Source: an uncultured Eubacteriales bacterium (GTDB taxonomy: Bacteria; Bacillota_I; Bacilli_A; RFN20; UBA1709). From it: a DNA stretch of 24,092 bases. Positions within the stretch are counted from its first letter, which is position 1; each line of letters begins with the position of its first letter. The notes below the pieces were generated by a model that ran no database searches, was not told where the DNA came from, and was given only the letters and a program-made list of their open reading frames with translations. A program made the translations under genes and the position numbers. Location: assembly GCA_964408135.1 (NCBI GenBank), contig CAYOYG010000001.1, forward strand, positions 1 to 24,092, read 5' to 3'. Shown piece after piece: positions 1 to 9,202 of the stretch.

Positions 1-2
1 AA

Positions 3-1001
3 TTTCGCATTCAAGAAAGTCTTTATTATATTGAAAAAGGCGCTTGCATGATCAACATTACTTCGAGTGATCCAGATGCTTTAAAAGGTATCGATCCGCT
101 GAAAATTAAAACCGCGAATAAAGCCGCTCAATCGCATCCAAAAGCGGTGGAAATTATGACTTATACAATGGCCAACCATGGTCAATGGTTAGTTTGTGCA
201 TTCCCAAGTCTTGCTTGGGCTAAGAAAGTCTTTCCTAATGATGCCGATGAAGTAGCTTTAAATAAATTACTGGCCGCTATTTTAAAAGCATCCCGCGTTA
301 GTGAAGATAGTGATCCAATTGAAAACTGGAATCTCCATAACAAAACCGTAAAAGCCAATACCGATAAGATGAATGCTTTCAACTTTAAATCCTTGCATTT
401 TAAAAATAAACTTGGCAGTGATTTTGAAGTGGGATTAGTCCAAAATCATATTTGGGGTGGTGGTTATGACTTTACCGATAAAGGGGTAAAGTTTAATCCA
501 AATATCCCTTCGGAAGAAGTCTTCACGATGCCACACAAATACCAAGTCAATGGTAAAGTAGTCGCCACACTTCCATTAAATTACAATGGCAACTTAATTG
601 AAGATTTCTACTTTGTCTTCAAAGATGGTAAAGTGGTTGAATACGATGCGAAAAAAGGCAAAGACATCTTAAAAGTTCTTGTTGAAAATGATGAAGGCAG
701 TTGCCGTCTTGGTGAAGTAGCCCTTGTGCCTTATGATTCACCAATCTCCAATAGCAAGATTCTATTCTACAACACTTTATTTGATGAAAATGCTTCTTGC
801 CACTTAGCGTTAGGCCGTTCTTATCCTTCCAATATCAAGGATGGCGATAAACTAGACAAAGAAGCCATGGATAAAGTAGGATCCAACTTCTCCATGACCC
901 ACGTTGACTTCATGGTCGGTAGTAAAGACTTAGAAGTCATCGGTACGACACAAGACGGTAAAAAAGTTCACGTCTTCAAAAACGGGAACTGGGCAATCTA
1001 G
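3..1001 (+). CDS. Aminopeptidase, M29 family (AmpS/PepS/aminopeptidase T-like), 5'-truncated by the window edge
   Basis: The frame is open from position 3 (FRIQESLYYIEKGACM...), so the ORF-track Met at 48 is internal. M29 motifs: NIPSEEVFTMP, LGEVALV, YNTLFDENASCHLALG, THVDFM. TAG stop at 999-1001. Confidence 0.92.
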   Translation, partial: FRIQESLYYIEKGACMINITSSDPDALKGIDPLKIKTANKAAQSHPKAVEIMTYTMANHGQWLVCAFPSLAWAKKVFPNDADEVALNKLLAAILKASRVSEDSDPIENWNLHNKTVKANTDKMNAFNFKSLHFKNKLGSDFEVGLVQNHIWGGGYDFTDKGVKFNPNIPSEEVFTMPHKYQVNGKVVATLPLNYNGNLIEDFYFVFKDGKVVEYDAKKGKDILKVLVENDEGSCRLGEVALVPYDSPISNSKILFYNTLFDENASCHLALGRSYPSNIKDGDKLDKEAMDKVGSNFSMTHVDFMVGSKDLEVIGTTQDGKKVHVFKNGNWAI

Positions 1002-1008
1002 TCAAGAC

Positions 1009-1037
1009 AAAAGCAGTGATAATTATCGCTGCTTTTT
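1009..1037 (+). terminator. Rho-independent terminator after the aminopeptidase gene
   Basis: AAAAGCAGTGAT-aatt-ATCGCTGCTTTT stem (one G-U pair) ending in a T run, 8 nt after the stop. Confidence 0.85.
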
Positions 1038-1083
1038 ACTAACTAGTTGTTCAAAAATATCACCCAAGAAGGAGTATACGTGT

Positions 1084-2820
1084 ATGCCCAAAAATAAAGG
1101 GGTTTTACGTTTGTTTACGAGTTATTATAAACCCCATCGTAAACTATTAATTCTCGACTTAATGGCGGCGGCTTTGGTCGCGGTCATTGACTTACTATTT
1201 CCAACCTTTACGCGCCAAGTCTTAAATGTCTACATACCGAATCAAGACTTTCGTTCGGTGGTATATGCCTGTCTTTTATTATTATTCTTTTTTCTTTGTC
1301 GCATCGGCTTAAACTTTATCGTCAGTTATTGGGGCCATGTGATGGGAACAAGAATGGAACGCGATATGCGGAAAGACTTGTTTGAAAAACTAGAAACCTG
1401 TGATTATCAATTTTTTGATGAATACAAAACCGGGGTCTTGATGTCGTATTTAACCAATCACTTACGCGACTTAGCGGAAATGTCACATCATGCGCCTGAA
1501 GATATTTTTATCTCCGGATTGATGTTACTAGGTAGTTTTGCCATTCTATTGTCGATTAATGTTGAGTTGACCTTGATTGTCTTTGCTATCATTGTTCTCT
1601 TGCTTGTTTTCTCCATCTCACGGCGAAGAAAACTCTTAAAAAGTTTCCGTACTACCCGAGCGTATCATGGTGAATTAAACTCACAGATTGAAAGCTCCAT
1701 CAGCGGGATTCGGCTTACGAAAGCTTATAACAATGAAGACTATGAAGTAGAAAAGTTTACCAATGTGAATAACGATTATGAACGTTCCTGGAAATCGGCG
1801 TATCTTCAAATGGGGATCTTTAGTTCGGGGAACCGCTTCTTAATTGAATTGAATAACTTAGCACTTTTATTGGTTGGTGGTTATTTCACCTTAAAAGGCA
1901 TTATTAATTATGCCGACTTATTAACCTATTTCCTTTATATTAACTTTTTAACTCGCCCGATTGACCGTATTCTGAATATGATGGAAACCTTCCAACAAGG
2001 AATCTCGGGATTTGAAAAGTTTCATTCGATTATGAGCATTCAACCTTCGATTACTTCGCCAAGCAATGCTCGTATCTTGGAGCAACCAGAAGGGGAAATT
2101 GAATTTCAAAATGTCACCTTCCAATATGAAAGCGAAACGAAACAAGTCTTAAATCATTTTAATTTAAAAATCAAAAAAGGGACAACAGTTGCCTTAATTG
2201 GGGAAACTGGGGTTGGTAAAACCACAATATCGAAACTGATTCCGCGTTTCTATGATGTCCAAGAAGGTGCTGTTTTGGTGGATGGACACAATGTCAAAGA
2301 ATACGACTTATATTCTTTACGTAAAGCCATCGGCCATGTTCAACAAGATGTTTTCATCTTCTTTGGTACGATTAAAGAAAACATACTCTATGGTCGTCCC
2401 GACGCTAGTGATGAAGATGTTATGTTAGCCGCGAAAAGAGCCAACATTCATGACTTTATCATGAGTTTACCGAATCGCTACGATTCCTTGGTCGGGGAAA
2501 AAGGGATTAAACTCAGTGGGGGACAAAAACAACGGGTGAGTATTGCTCGTCTCTTTTTAAAAAATCCGGCCATCTTAATTTTGGATGAAGCAACTTCCTC
2601 ACTGGATAATATTACCGAAAAGTTAATTCAAGATGCTCTGCAAGAATTAGCCAAAGATAAAACAACGATTGTAATCGCCCACCGCTTATCGACAATTCAA
2701 GACGCTGATGAGATTGTTGTCTTAGGAAATGATGGGGTTCTTGAACGCGGAAAACATCGTGATTTGTTAAAAAGCAATGGTTATTATTCGCGATTATATA
2801 AGGCTCAAGATGTGTTATAA
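1084..2820 (+). CDS. ABC exporter, fused permease + ATPase half-transporter (MsbA/Sav1866-like); substrate unknown
   Basis: N-terminal multi-TM domain; Walker A GETGVGKT, Q-loop VQQD, signature LSGGQ, Walker B ILILDEA, H-loop AHRL; RBS AAGGAG 9 nt before ATG. Confidence 0.93.
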   Translation: MPKNKGVLRLFTSYYKPHRKLLILDLMAAALVAVIDLLFPTFTRQVLNVYIPNQDFRSVVYACLLLLFFFLCRIGLNFIVSYWGHVMGTRMERDMRKDLFEKLETCDYQFFDEYKTGVLMSYLTNHLRDLAEMSHHAPEDIFISGLMLLGSFAILLSINVELTLIVFAIIVLLLVFSISRRRKLLKSFRTTRAYHGELNSQIESSISGIRLTKAYNNEDYEVEKFTNVNNDYERSWKSAYLQMGIFSSGNRFLIELNNLALLLVGGYFTLKGIINYADLLTYFLYINFLTRPIDRILNMMETFQQGISGFEKFHSIMSIQPSITSPSNARILEQPEGEIEFQNVTFQYESETKQVLNHFNLKIKKGTTVALIGETGVGKTTISKLIPRFYDVQEGAVLVDGHNVKEYDLYSLRKAIGHVQQDVFIFFGTIKENILYGRPDASDEDVMLAAKRANIHDFIMSLPNRYDSLVGEKGIKLSGGQKQRVSIARLFLKNPAILILDEATSSLDNITEKLIQDALQELAKDKTTIVIAHRLSTIQDADEIVVLGNDGVLERGKHRDLLKSNGYYSRLYKAQDVL

Positions 2821-2848
2821 GTCGCTACATTTGTAGCGACTTTTTTTT
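2819..2848 (+). terminator. Rho-independent terminator after the ABC transporter
   Basis: GTCGCTAC-attt-GTAGCGAC perfect stem followed by T8. Confidence 0.92.
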
Positions 2849-2855
2849 ATTTCTT

Positions 2856-2864
2856 TGCTATGAT
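2856..2864 (+). promoter_or_regulatory. Putative extended -10 promoter (TG-c-TATGAT) for the acyltransferase gene
   Basis: TGnTATGAT 18 nt upstream of ATG 2883, upstream of RBS GAGGTG; no good -35 hexamer. Confidence 0.45.
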
Positions 2865-2882
2865 GTTGATAGAGGTGATGAT

Positions 2883-4157
2883 ATGGCTAAATTAGACAAC
2901 AACCGGCCAGATACTTGGGCAAAACAGCTCACTATAAAATACGATATGAATCGATTACCCCAAAAGCAATGGCAAGTACTACGTCCCTTGACTTGGCTTT
3001 TAAGTAGTTTTGATTTTTTTAAACGCAAATTATCGATTGAAAGGATTAATCTAGAAAGTCTAAAGCAGCCATACTTAATCTTATCCAACCATATGGCTTT
3101 TTTAGATTTTAAAGTATTAACTAAAGCGATATTTCCTAAAAGGACGAATTATATTATTGCGATTGATGGTTTTATTAAACGGGAATGGTTATTAAGAGCC
3201 GTCGGTGGTATTTGTAAGCGGAAGTTTACCAACGATATTGTGTTAGTACGACAAATGCTTTATACGTTGCATACTTTAAAACAAAATGTTGCTCTGTATC
3301 CAGAGGCCCGCTATTCCTTATGTGGGACAACCAGTGTTTTACCCAATAGTTTAGCCAAAATGTGTCGTTTAGCGAAAGTACCAGTCGTAACTTTTATTAT
3401 GCATGGTAACTATCTAGATCAACCAGTCTGGGGTGTTGATCATCGTCGCGGTAACAATGTCGCCGTCACTATGAAACAAATCCTCACCAAAGAAGAAGTG
3501 ACGACTTTACCATTAGAAGAAATTGAAGCCCGCATTCAAGCGGCGTTTGTCTATGATGAATATACATGGCAAAAAGAAAACAATGTTTTAATTCATGATC
3601 CTAAAAATGCGGAAGGACTTCATCGAATTTTATACAAATGCCCGCATTGCTTACAAGAAGGAAAGATGAATTCAAAAGGGGTTGAACTCTTCTGTGAAGA
3701 ATGTGGTCAGCGCTATACACTAAAACTAAATGGCGAATTAGAAGCGAATACTGGCTCTACCAAATTCAGCCACATTCCGACCTGGTTTGAGTGGCAACGC
3801 GCCTGTGTTCGTCAAGAAATTATCGCTGGCACCTACCACATTGAAGATGAGGTCAATATCTTTTCACTTCCCAATACCAAAGGTTTTATCCCACTTGGCG
3901 TTGGAAAACTGGTTCACAACCAAAATGGATTTATGATTACCTGGGAAGAAAACGGTGTTAAGAAACAACAACACAATCCGGTATCGGCGATGTATAGTGT
4001 TCACATTGAATACAATTATAATGGGCAAGGTGATGGTGTAGATATTACAACCCTAACCGACAATTATTATTGTTATCCACTTCATTTAAAAAATATAGTG
4101 ACAAAGATTCACTTTGCAACCGAAGAGATGTTTAAATTAGGTGGCTACAAGTCGTAA
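2883..4157 (+). CDS. Lysophospholipid/glycerolipid acyltransferase (PlsC-like) with a C-terminal Cys4 zinc-ribbon-like extension
   Basis: Catalytic NHxxxxD motif (SNHMAFLD) and block III-like YPEARYS; CPHC-x14-CEEC in the C-terminal half; RBS GAGGTG. Confidence 0.8.
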   Translation: MAKLDNNRPDTWAKQLTIKYDMNRLPQKQWQVLRPLTWLLSSFDFFKRKLSIERINLESLKQPYLILSNHMAFLDFKVLTKAIFPKRTNYIIAIDGFIKREWLLRAVGGICKRKFTNDIVLVRQMLYTLHTLKQNVALYPEARYSLCGTTSVLPNSLAKMCRLAKVPVVTFIMHGNYLDQPVWGVDHRRGNNVAVTMKQILTKEEVTTLPLEEIEARIQAAFVYDEYTWQKENNVLIHDPKNAEGLHRILYKCPHCLQEGKMNSKGVELFCEECGQRYTLKLNGELEANTGSTKFSHIPTWFEWQRACVRQEIIAGTYHIEDEVNIFSLPNTKGFIPLGVGKLVHNQNGFMITWEENGVKKQQHNPVSAMYSVHIEYNYNGQGDGVDITTLTDNYYCYPLHLKNIVTKIHFATEEMFKLGGYKS

Positions 4158-4198
4158 GGTATATATTTTTCAATAAAATCTACTATAGAATGCGTTAT

Positions 4199-4228
4199 AA
4201 ATGCACACAAATCGGTGCATTTTTCTTG
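4199..4228 (+). terminator. Probable intrinsic terminator after the acyltransferase gene
   Basis: AAATGCAC-acaaatcg-GTGCATTT stem followed by a T-rich tail. Confidence 0.6.
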
Positions 4229-4233
4229 GTTTA

Positions 4234-4242
4234 TGTTACAAT
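4234..4242 (+). promoter_or_regulatory. Putative extended -10 promoter (TG-t-TACAAT) for the metG operon
   Basis: TGnTACAAT 24 nt upstream of ATG 4267, upstream of RBS AAGGAG. Confidence 0.5.
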
Positions 4243-4266
4243 ATTATATTGCAAGGAGATGTTATT

Positions 4267-5859
4267 ATGAGTAAGAAAACATTTTATATTACGACCCCGA
4301 TTTATTATACATCGGGTAACCTCCACATTGGACACGCTTATACCACCGTCATTTGCGATGCGATCGCACGCTATAAAAAGATGAAGGGGTATGATGTATA
4401 TTACTTAACTGGAACCGATGAACACGGTGAAAAAGTACAAAAGAAGGCGCAAGAAGCCAATAAAACACCACAACAATATGTGGATGATTTAGTTGTCGGA
4501 ATTAACGACTTATGGAAGATTTTAAAAATCGATTATAATCAATTTATTCGGACAACCAATGGATTTCATAAAGAAAATGTCCAAAAAATCTTTACTCAAC
4601 TCTTACAACAAGGGGATATCTATCTTGGCGAATACGAAGGCTGGTATTGCACACCATGTGAAGCCTTCTGGACCGAAAGCCAATTGACACCAGAACACAA
4701 TTGTCCGGATTGTGGACGTCCGGTCAAGATCGCCAAAGAAGAAGCATACTTCTTTAGAATGTCAAAGTATGCCGATCGTCTAGTTCAATATTATAACGAT
4801 CATCCTGATTTTATTGAACCAGAATCGCGCAAAAATGAAATGTTAAATAACTTTATTAAACCAGGACTTGAAGATCTATGTGTCTCACGGACTTCTTTTG
4901 ACTGGGGGATTCCGGTTGTTGAAAATAATAAACATGTAGTCTATGTTTGGATCGATGCTTTATCCAACTACATCTCTGCTCTAGGTTATAATCAAAAAGA
5001 TCATACTTTATTTGATCGCTACTGGCATAACGATGCAGACCATACGATTTTGCATGTCGTTGGTAAAGAAATTGTTCGCTTCCATGTTATCTATTGGCCA
5101 ATTATGCTTTTAGCTTTAAATCTACCTTTACCAAGCAAAGTCTTTGCTCATGGGTGGATTATCATGAAGAGCGGTAAGATGTCCAAGTCGGTTGGTAATG
5201 TGGTGTATCCAAGTATGATTATTGATCGCTACGGATTGGATGCGTTACGTTATTTTGTTACTACTTGCATTCCATTTGGACAAGATGGTGTCTTTACACC
5301 AGAATTGTTTATTGATAATTTCAATAATGATTTAGTAAATAACTATGGTAACTTAGCCAATCGAACCTTGACGATGATTGAAAAATACTTCCAAGGAGTA
5401 ATTCCGGATTATCATGGTCCTGTCGGGGCCTTTGATGAAAAGTTATACCAAGAAATTCAAAACACTGTTAGTGAATATGAAAAACAATTGGATCAATACT
5501 ATGTTCACGCCGCCAATAAAGCCATCTTTGATTTACTCTCCAAAGGGAATAAGTATATTGAAGATACAAAACCGTGGGAAATTGCCAAAGATCCAACCCG
5601 GAAAGCTGAATTAGAATCCGTCATGGTTCATCTGGCTTTATTAATTAAAGTCGCTACGATCTTATTACAACCAACCTTAGTAGAAACACCAGTCAAGATT
5701 CTACAACAACTAGGGGTTGTTGATACAAGCTATGACCATCTATGTGATTTTAAATCGGTTGTAGGATGCAAAGTCAATAAGGGAGCTGTTTTGTTCCCAA
5801 GATTGGATGCCAAAATTGAAACGCTCTATATGAATGAATATATGATAAGAGGGAAATAA
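4267..5859 (+). CDS. metG: Methionine--tRNA ligase, short form without the C-terminal tRNA-binding (Trbp111-like) domain
   Basis: FYITTPIYY start, HIGH (LHIGH) and KMSKS motifs, zinc knuckle CxxC...CxxC. Start moved from 4201 to 4267 because RBS AAGGAG precedes it and the sequence matches the usual MetRS N-terminus. Confidence 0.96.
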   Translation: MSKKTFYITTPIYYTSGNLHIGHAYTTVICDAIARYKKMKGYDVYYLTGTDEHGEKVQKKAQEANKTPQQYVDDLVVGINDLWKILKIDYNQFIRTTNGFHKENVQKIFTQLLQQGDIYLGEYEGWYCTPCEAFWTESQLTPEHNCPDCGRPVKIAKEEAYFFRMSKYADRLVQYYNDHPDFIEPESRKNEMLNNFIKPGLEDLCVSRTSFDWGIPVVENNKHVVYVWIDALSNYISALGYNQKDHTLFDRYWHNDADHTILHVVGKEIVRFHVIYWPIMLLALNLPLPSKVFAHGWIIMKSGKMSKSVGNVVYPSMIIDRYGLDALRYFVTTCIPFGQDGVFTPELFIDNFNNDLVNNYGNLANRTLTMIEKYFQGVIPDYHGPVGAFDEKLYQEIQNTVSEYEKQLDQYYVHAANKAIFDLLSKGNKYIEDTKPWEIAKDPTRKAELESVMVHLALLIKVATILLQPTLVETPVKILQQLGVVDTSYDHLCDFKSVVGCKVNKGAVLFPRLDAKIETLYMNEYMIRGK

Positions 5860-7727
5860 TGAAAGATATTATAGTTGTCGGAGGAGGTCATGCTGGCGTT
5901 GAAGCCGTTTTAGCGGGAGCTAGAAAAGGTCTAAACGTTGTTTTAGTGACGCTCAATTTTAAAAGTGTCGCGATGATGCCTTGCAATCCATCCATTGGTG
6001 GACCCGCTAAAGGCGTCGTCACCCGAGAAATTGATGTATTAGGCGGCGAAATGGCCAAAGCGGCCGATGCCACCTATTTACAAATGAAAATGTTAAATAC
6101 CGCCAAAGGACCAGGGGTTCAATGCTTGCGGGCTCAATCGGATAAAATCGAATATAAACAATACATGCAAGATAAAATTCAAAGTTTTCCCAATATTGAA
6201 GTCGTTGAAGAAATGGCGACGAAACTCATCGTGGAAAACAAAGAATGTCTTGGCGTGGTTTTAAGTGATGGACGTAAAATTTATGCTCGTAAAACCATAT
6301 TAACCACCGGGACCTATCTTGAAGCTAAGATTCTAGTTGGTCATACCAGTAAAATTGCCGGACCAGATGGCGAAAAATCCGCACATGGACTATCGCAATC
6401 GCTCAAAGAAAATGGAATTCCAATTCTTCGACTAAAAACCGGAACTCCAGCTCGAATTGAACGCACTAGTGTTGATTTTTCCAAAATGGAACCACAACCA
6501 GGAACGGCAGGAGAACTTAGTTTTTCCTATGAAACAAAACAATTTATTCCCCTGGAACAACAACATCTTTGCTACTTAATCCATACTCAACCAACCACTC
6601 ATAAAATAATTTTGGAAAATCTTAAAAAATCCGCGATGTATGGTGGGATGGTTGAAGGAATTGGTCCACGTTATTGTCCTTCCATTGAAGATAAATTGGT
6701 TCGCTTTGCTGATAAAGAAGCGCACCAATTATTTGTTGAACCGGAATCGGTCCATTTAAATACCGTCTATTTACAAGGTTTTTCAACGTCTATGCCAATA
6801 GAAATACAAGAATTGATGATTCATTCCTTACCGGGATTTGAAAACTGCAAGGTTTTGAAATACGCGTATGCGATTGAATACGATGCGATTGATCCAACCT
6901 ATTTAAAACAATCACTCGAATTAAAAGCCATTGCAAACTTATATTGTGCTGGTCAAATTAATGGGACTTCCGGCTATGAAGAAGCCGCTGGTCAAGGGTT
7001 AATCGCAGGAATCAATGCTTCTTTAGCCATTGAAAATAAGGCACCCCTTATTTTAAAACGTAGTGAAGCTTATCTTGGGGTTATGATTGATGATTTAACC
7101 ACCAAAGGAACTAAAGAACCTTATCGTCTATTAACTTCCCGGGCGGAATTTCGTTTATTACTGCGCCATGATAATGCCGATATTCGTTTATTACCCTACG
7201 GGTACCAAGTTGGTTTAATCTCGCAAGAACGCTATGATCGCTTCCAACAAAAATTGGAGGATATTCAACATCTACATACTTTGCTTGATTCCATTACTTT
7301 TTCGAATAAACATCCCCTTAATGAGTATCTAGAAACCAATGGATACGCTCGGATTCATAGTAGCAGTAGTGCAAGTAGTTTATTAAAACGGCCTGAAATC
7401 GATGTTGCCTTTTTAAAGCCATTTTTAAATCTAAATAAAAACTATGATCCATCCACGATTGAACAAGTGGAAATCAATATAAAATACGAAGGTTATATTA
7501 AAAAGCAATTAGAACAAGTGGCTTTAATGATTGAACTTGAAAGCATTGCCTTACCATTTGATATCGATTATACGAAAGTGCCAAATTTAGCAATCGAAGC
7601 TCGGCAAAAATTAAATAAGATTAAACCAACGAATATTGGACAAGCCTCCCGTATCTCGGGAGTTAATCCAAGTGATATTAGTATTTTAATTATGTATTTT
7701 AAATTAACAAAGGAGAATAAAGCATGA
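5859..7727 (+). CDS. mnmG: tRNA uridine 5-carboxymethylaminomethyl modification enzyme MnmG (GidA)
   Basis: GGGHAG FAD motif, CNPSIGG, RLKTGTP, GPRYCPSIEDK, GQINGTSGYEEAAGQG; TAATG overlap with the metG stop. Confidence 0.97.
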   Translation: MKDIIVVGGGHAGVEAVLAGARKGLNVVLVTLNFKSVAMMPCNPSIGGPAKGVVTREIDVLGGEMAKAADATYLQMKMLNTAKGPGVQCLRAQSDKIEYKQYMQDKIQSFPNIEVVEEMATKLIVENKECLGVVLSDGRKIYARKTILTTGTYLEAKILVGHTSKIAGPDGEKSAHGLSQSLKENGIPILRLKTGTPARIERTSVDFSKMEPQPGTAGELSFSYETKQFIPLEQQHLCYLIHTQPTTHKIILENLKKSAMYGGMVEGIGPRYCPSIEDKLVRFADKEAHQLFVEPESVHLNTVYLQGFSTSMPIEIQELMIHSLPGFENCKVLKYAYAIEYDAIDPTYLKQSLELKAIANLYCAGQINGTSGYEEAAGQGLIAGINASLAIENKAPLILKRSEAYLGVMIDDLTTKGTKEPYRLLTSRAEFRLLLRHDNADIRLLPYGYQVGLISQERYDRFQQKLEDIQHLHTLLDSITFSNKHPLNEYLETNGYARIHSSSSASSLLKRPEIDVAFLKPFLNLNKNYDPSTIEQVEINIKYEGYIKKQLEQVALMIELESIALPFDIDYTKVPNLAIEARQKLNKIKPTNIGQASRISGVNPSDISILIMYFKLTKENKA

Positions 7728-8419
7728 ACCAAACCGCATTTATTTCTTTGCTAAAAACGCATAATATTGATTTAAGTTCGCAACAAGTAGAACAATTTAA
7801 ACTCTATTTTGATTTATTGGTCCACGAAAATAATTTGTATAACCTAACCGCGATTACAAGTGAGGAGGGAGTCTATGAAAAGCATTTCTATGACTCAATT
7901 TCCCCACTTTTCCATATCTCTTTAACGGGAAAAAAAGTACTCGATGTAGGGGCAGGAGCTGGGTTTCCATCACTACCTTTAAAGATTGTAGAACCTTCTT
8001 TACACATAAGTGTTTTAGATGCCACCGCGAAGAAGATGCATTTTATTGAAAAATTGCGGAATATTTTAAAGCTTAATAATGTAAACACCATCATAGCCCG
8101 GGCGGAAGAATATAACCAACAACAATTTGATGTCGTTGTCGCCCGGAGTGTCGCTGCTTTAAATATCCTGCTTGAACTAGTCTCAAATCTCGTCAAAGTA
8201 GGGGGTATTTTTATTGCCTACAAAGGTTCCCACTATCAAGAAGAATTAGAGGCAAGCAAACAAGCCATCGCCACATTAGGGTTTGAATTAATCGATCAAC
8301 AACGCTACACCCTACCAAGCGATCAATCGACCCGCTGCAATCTCTACTTTAAAAAAATTCGACCAAATGATAAGATATACCCAAGAAGCTATAGCAAAAT
8401 TAAAAGTAAACCATTATAA
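7724..8419 (+). CDS. rsmG: 16S rRNA m7G527 methyltransferase RsmG (GidB)
   Basis: NLTAI, KHFYDS, SAM motif LDVGAGAGFP, RAEE, ARSVA; ATGA overlap with mnmG; usual gidA-gidB order. Confidence 0.95.
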   Translation: MNQTAFISLLKTHNIDLSSQQVEQFKLYFDLLVHENNLYNLTAITSEEGVYEKHFYDSISPLFHISLTGKKVLDVGAGAGFPSLPLKIVEPSLHISVLDATAKKMHFIEKLRNILKLNNVNTIIARAEEYNQQQFDVVVARSVAALNILLELVSNLVKVGGIFIAYKGSHYQEELEASKQAIATLGFELIDQQRYTLPSDQSTRCNLYFKKIRPNDKIYPRSYSKIKSKPL

Positions 8420-8431
8420 GGATGTGACGAT

Positions 8432-9202
8432 ATGGGCAAGATTATTGCAATCGCGAACCAAAAAGGCGGCGTCGGAAAGACAACCACGGCCATAAATTTA
8501 TCGGCTTGTTTGGCCTACCTTGGTAAGAAAGTATTACTCGTCGATATTGATCCACAAAGCAATACGACGCGTGGTTTAGGCTTTGATGCTTCCACCATCG
8601 ATATTAGTATTTATGATGTTATGAGTAAAAATATCGACATCAAAACGATTATTCGGAAAACCGCTTTACCTAAAATGTTTTTAGTTCCTGGCTCGATTGA
8701 TTTAGCGGGAGTGGATATTGAATTATTGAGTGTTCCGCAAAGAATGCGTATTTTAAAAAACCATCTTGAATCCATTAAAGATCATTACAATTATATAATC
8801 ATCGATTGTCCACCATCTCTAGGCCTATTAAGCTTGAGCGCCTTAATTGCGGCCGATAGTGTTTTAGTCCCAATGCAATGTGAATATTATTCGATGGAAG
8901 GGATTGTTATGTTGCTCAACACGATACGTAAGATTCAAAAAGAAGAAAATCCCAATGTTCAAATCGAAGGTATATTATTAACGATGTGTGATTTCCGCAC
9001 AAAATTTACTTTTGAAGTGCAGCAAGATGTGCGCCAAACCTTTAAAGACAAAGTCTATAAAGTAGGCATTCCGCGCAATATACGTCTCGCTGAAGCGGCA
9101 TCACGCGGCAAGTCTATCATTGAATATAATATCAACTCTTCAGGAGCCAAAGCATATCTTGATGTCGCCAAAGAGGTGATTAAGTATGACAAAGCAAACT
9201 AA
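8432..9202 (+). CDS. parA: Chromosome partitioning ATPase ParA/Soj
   Basis: MGKIIAIANQKGGVGKTT deviant Walker A, DIDPQSN, IIIDCPPSLG, IPRNIRLAEA. Confidence 0.95.
   Translation: MGKIIAIANQKGGVGKTTTAINLSACLAYLGKKVLLVDIDPQSNTTRGLGFDASTIDISIYDVMSKNIDIKTIIRKTALPKMFLVPGSIDLAGVDIELLSVPQRMRILKNHLESIKDHYNYIIIDCPPSLGLLSLSALIAADSVLVPMQCEYYSMEGIVMLLNTIRKIQKEENPNVQIEGILLTMCDFRTKFTFEVQQDVRQTFKDKVYKVGIPRNIRLAEAASRGKSIIEYNINSSGAKAYLDVAKEVIKYDKAN

Noticed and set aside
4201-4266. N-terminal extension of metG, and likewise the extensions of gcvH (15216-15311), gcvT, the YcxB-like gene and the oxidoreductase
   Set aside because: RBS position and family N-termini favour the downstream starts; the extensions overlap terminators, promoters or neighbouring genes.
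4158-4266. T-box or S-box leader for metG
   Set aside because: The intergenic region is about 110 nt, is occupied by a terminator and a promoter, and has no T-box (AAGGTGGTACCGCG-like) or SAM-I core.
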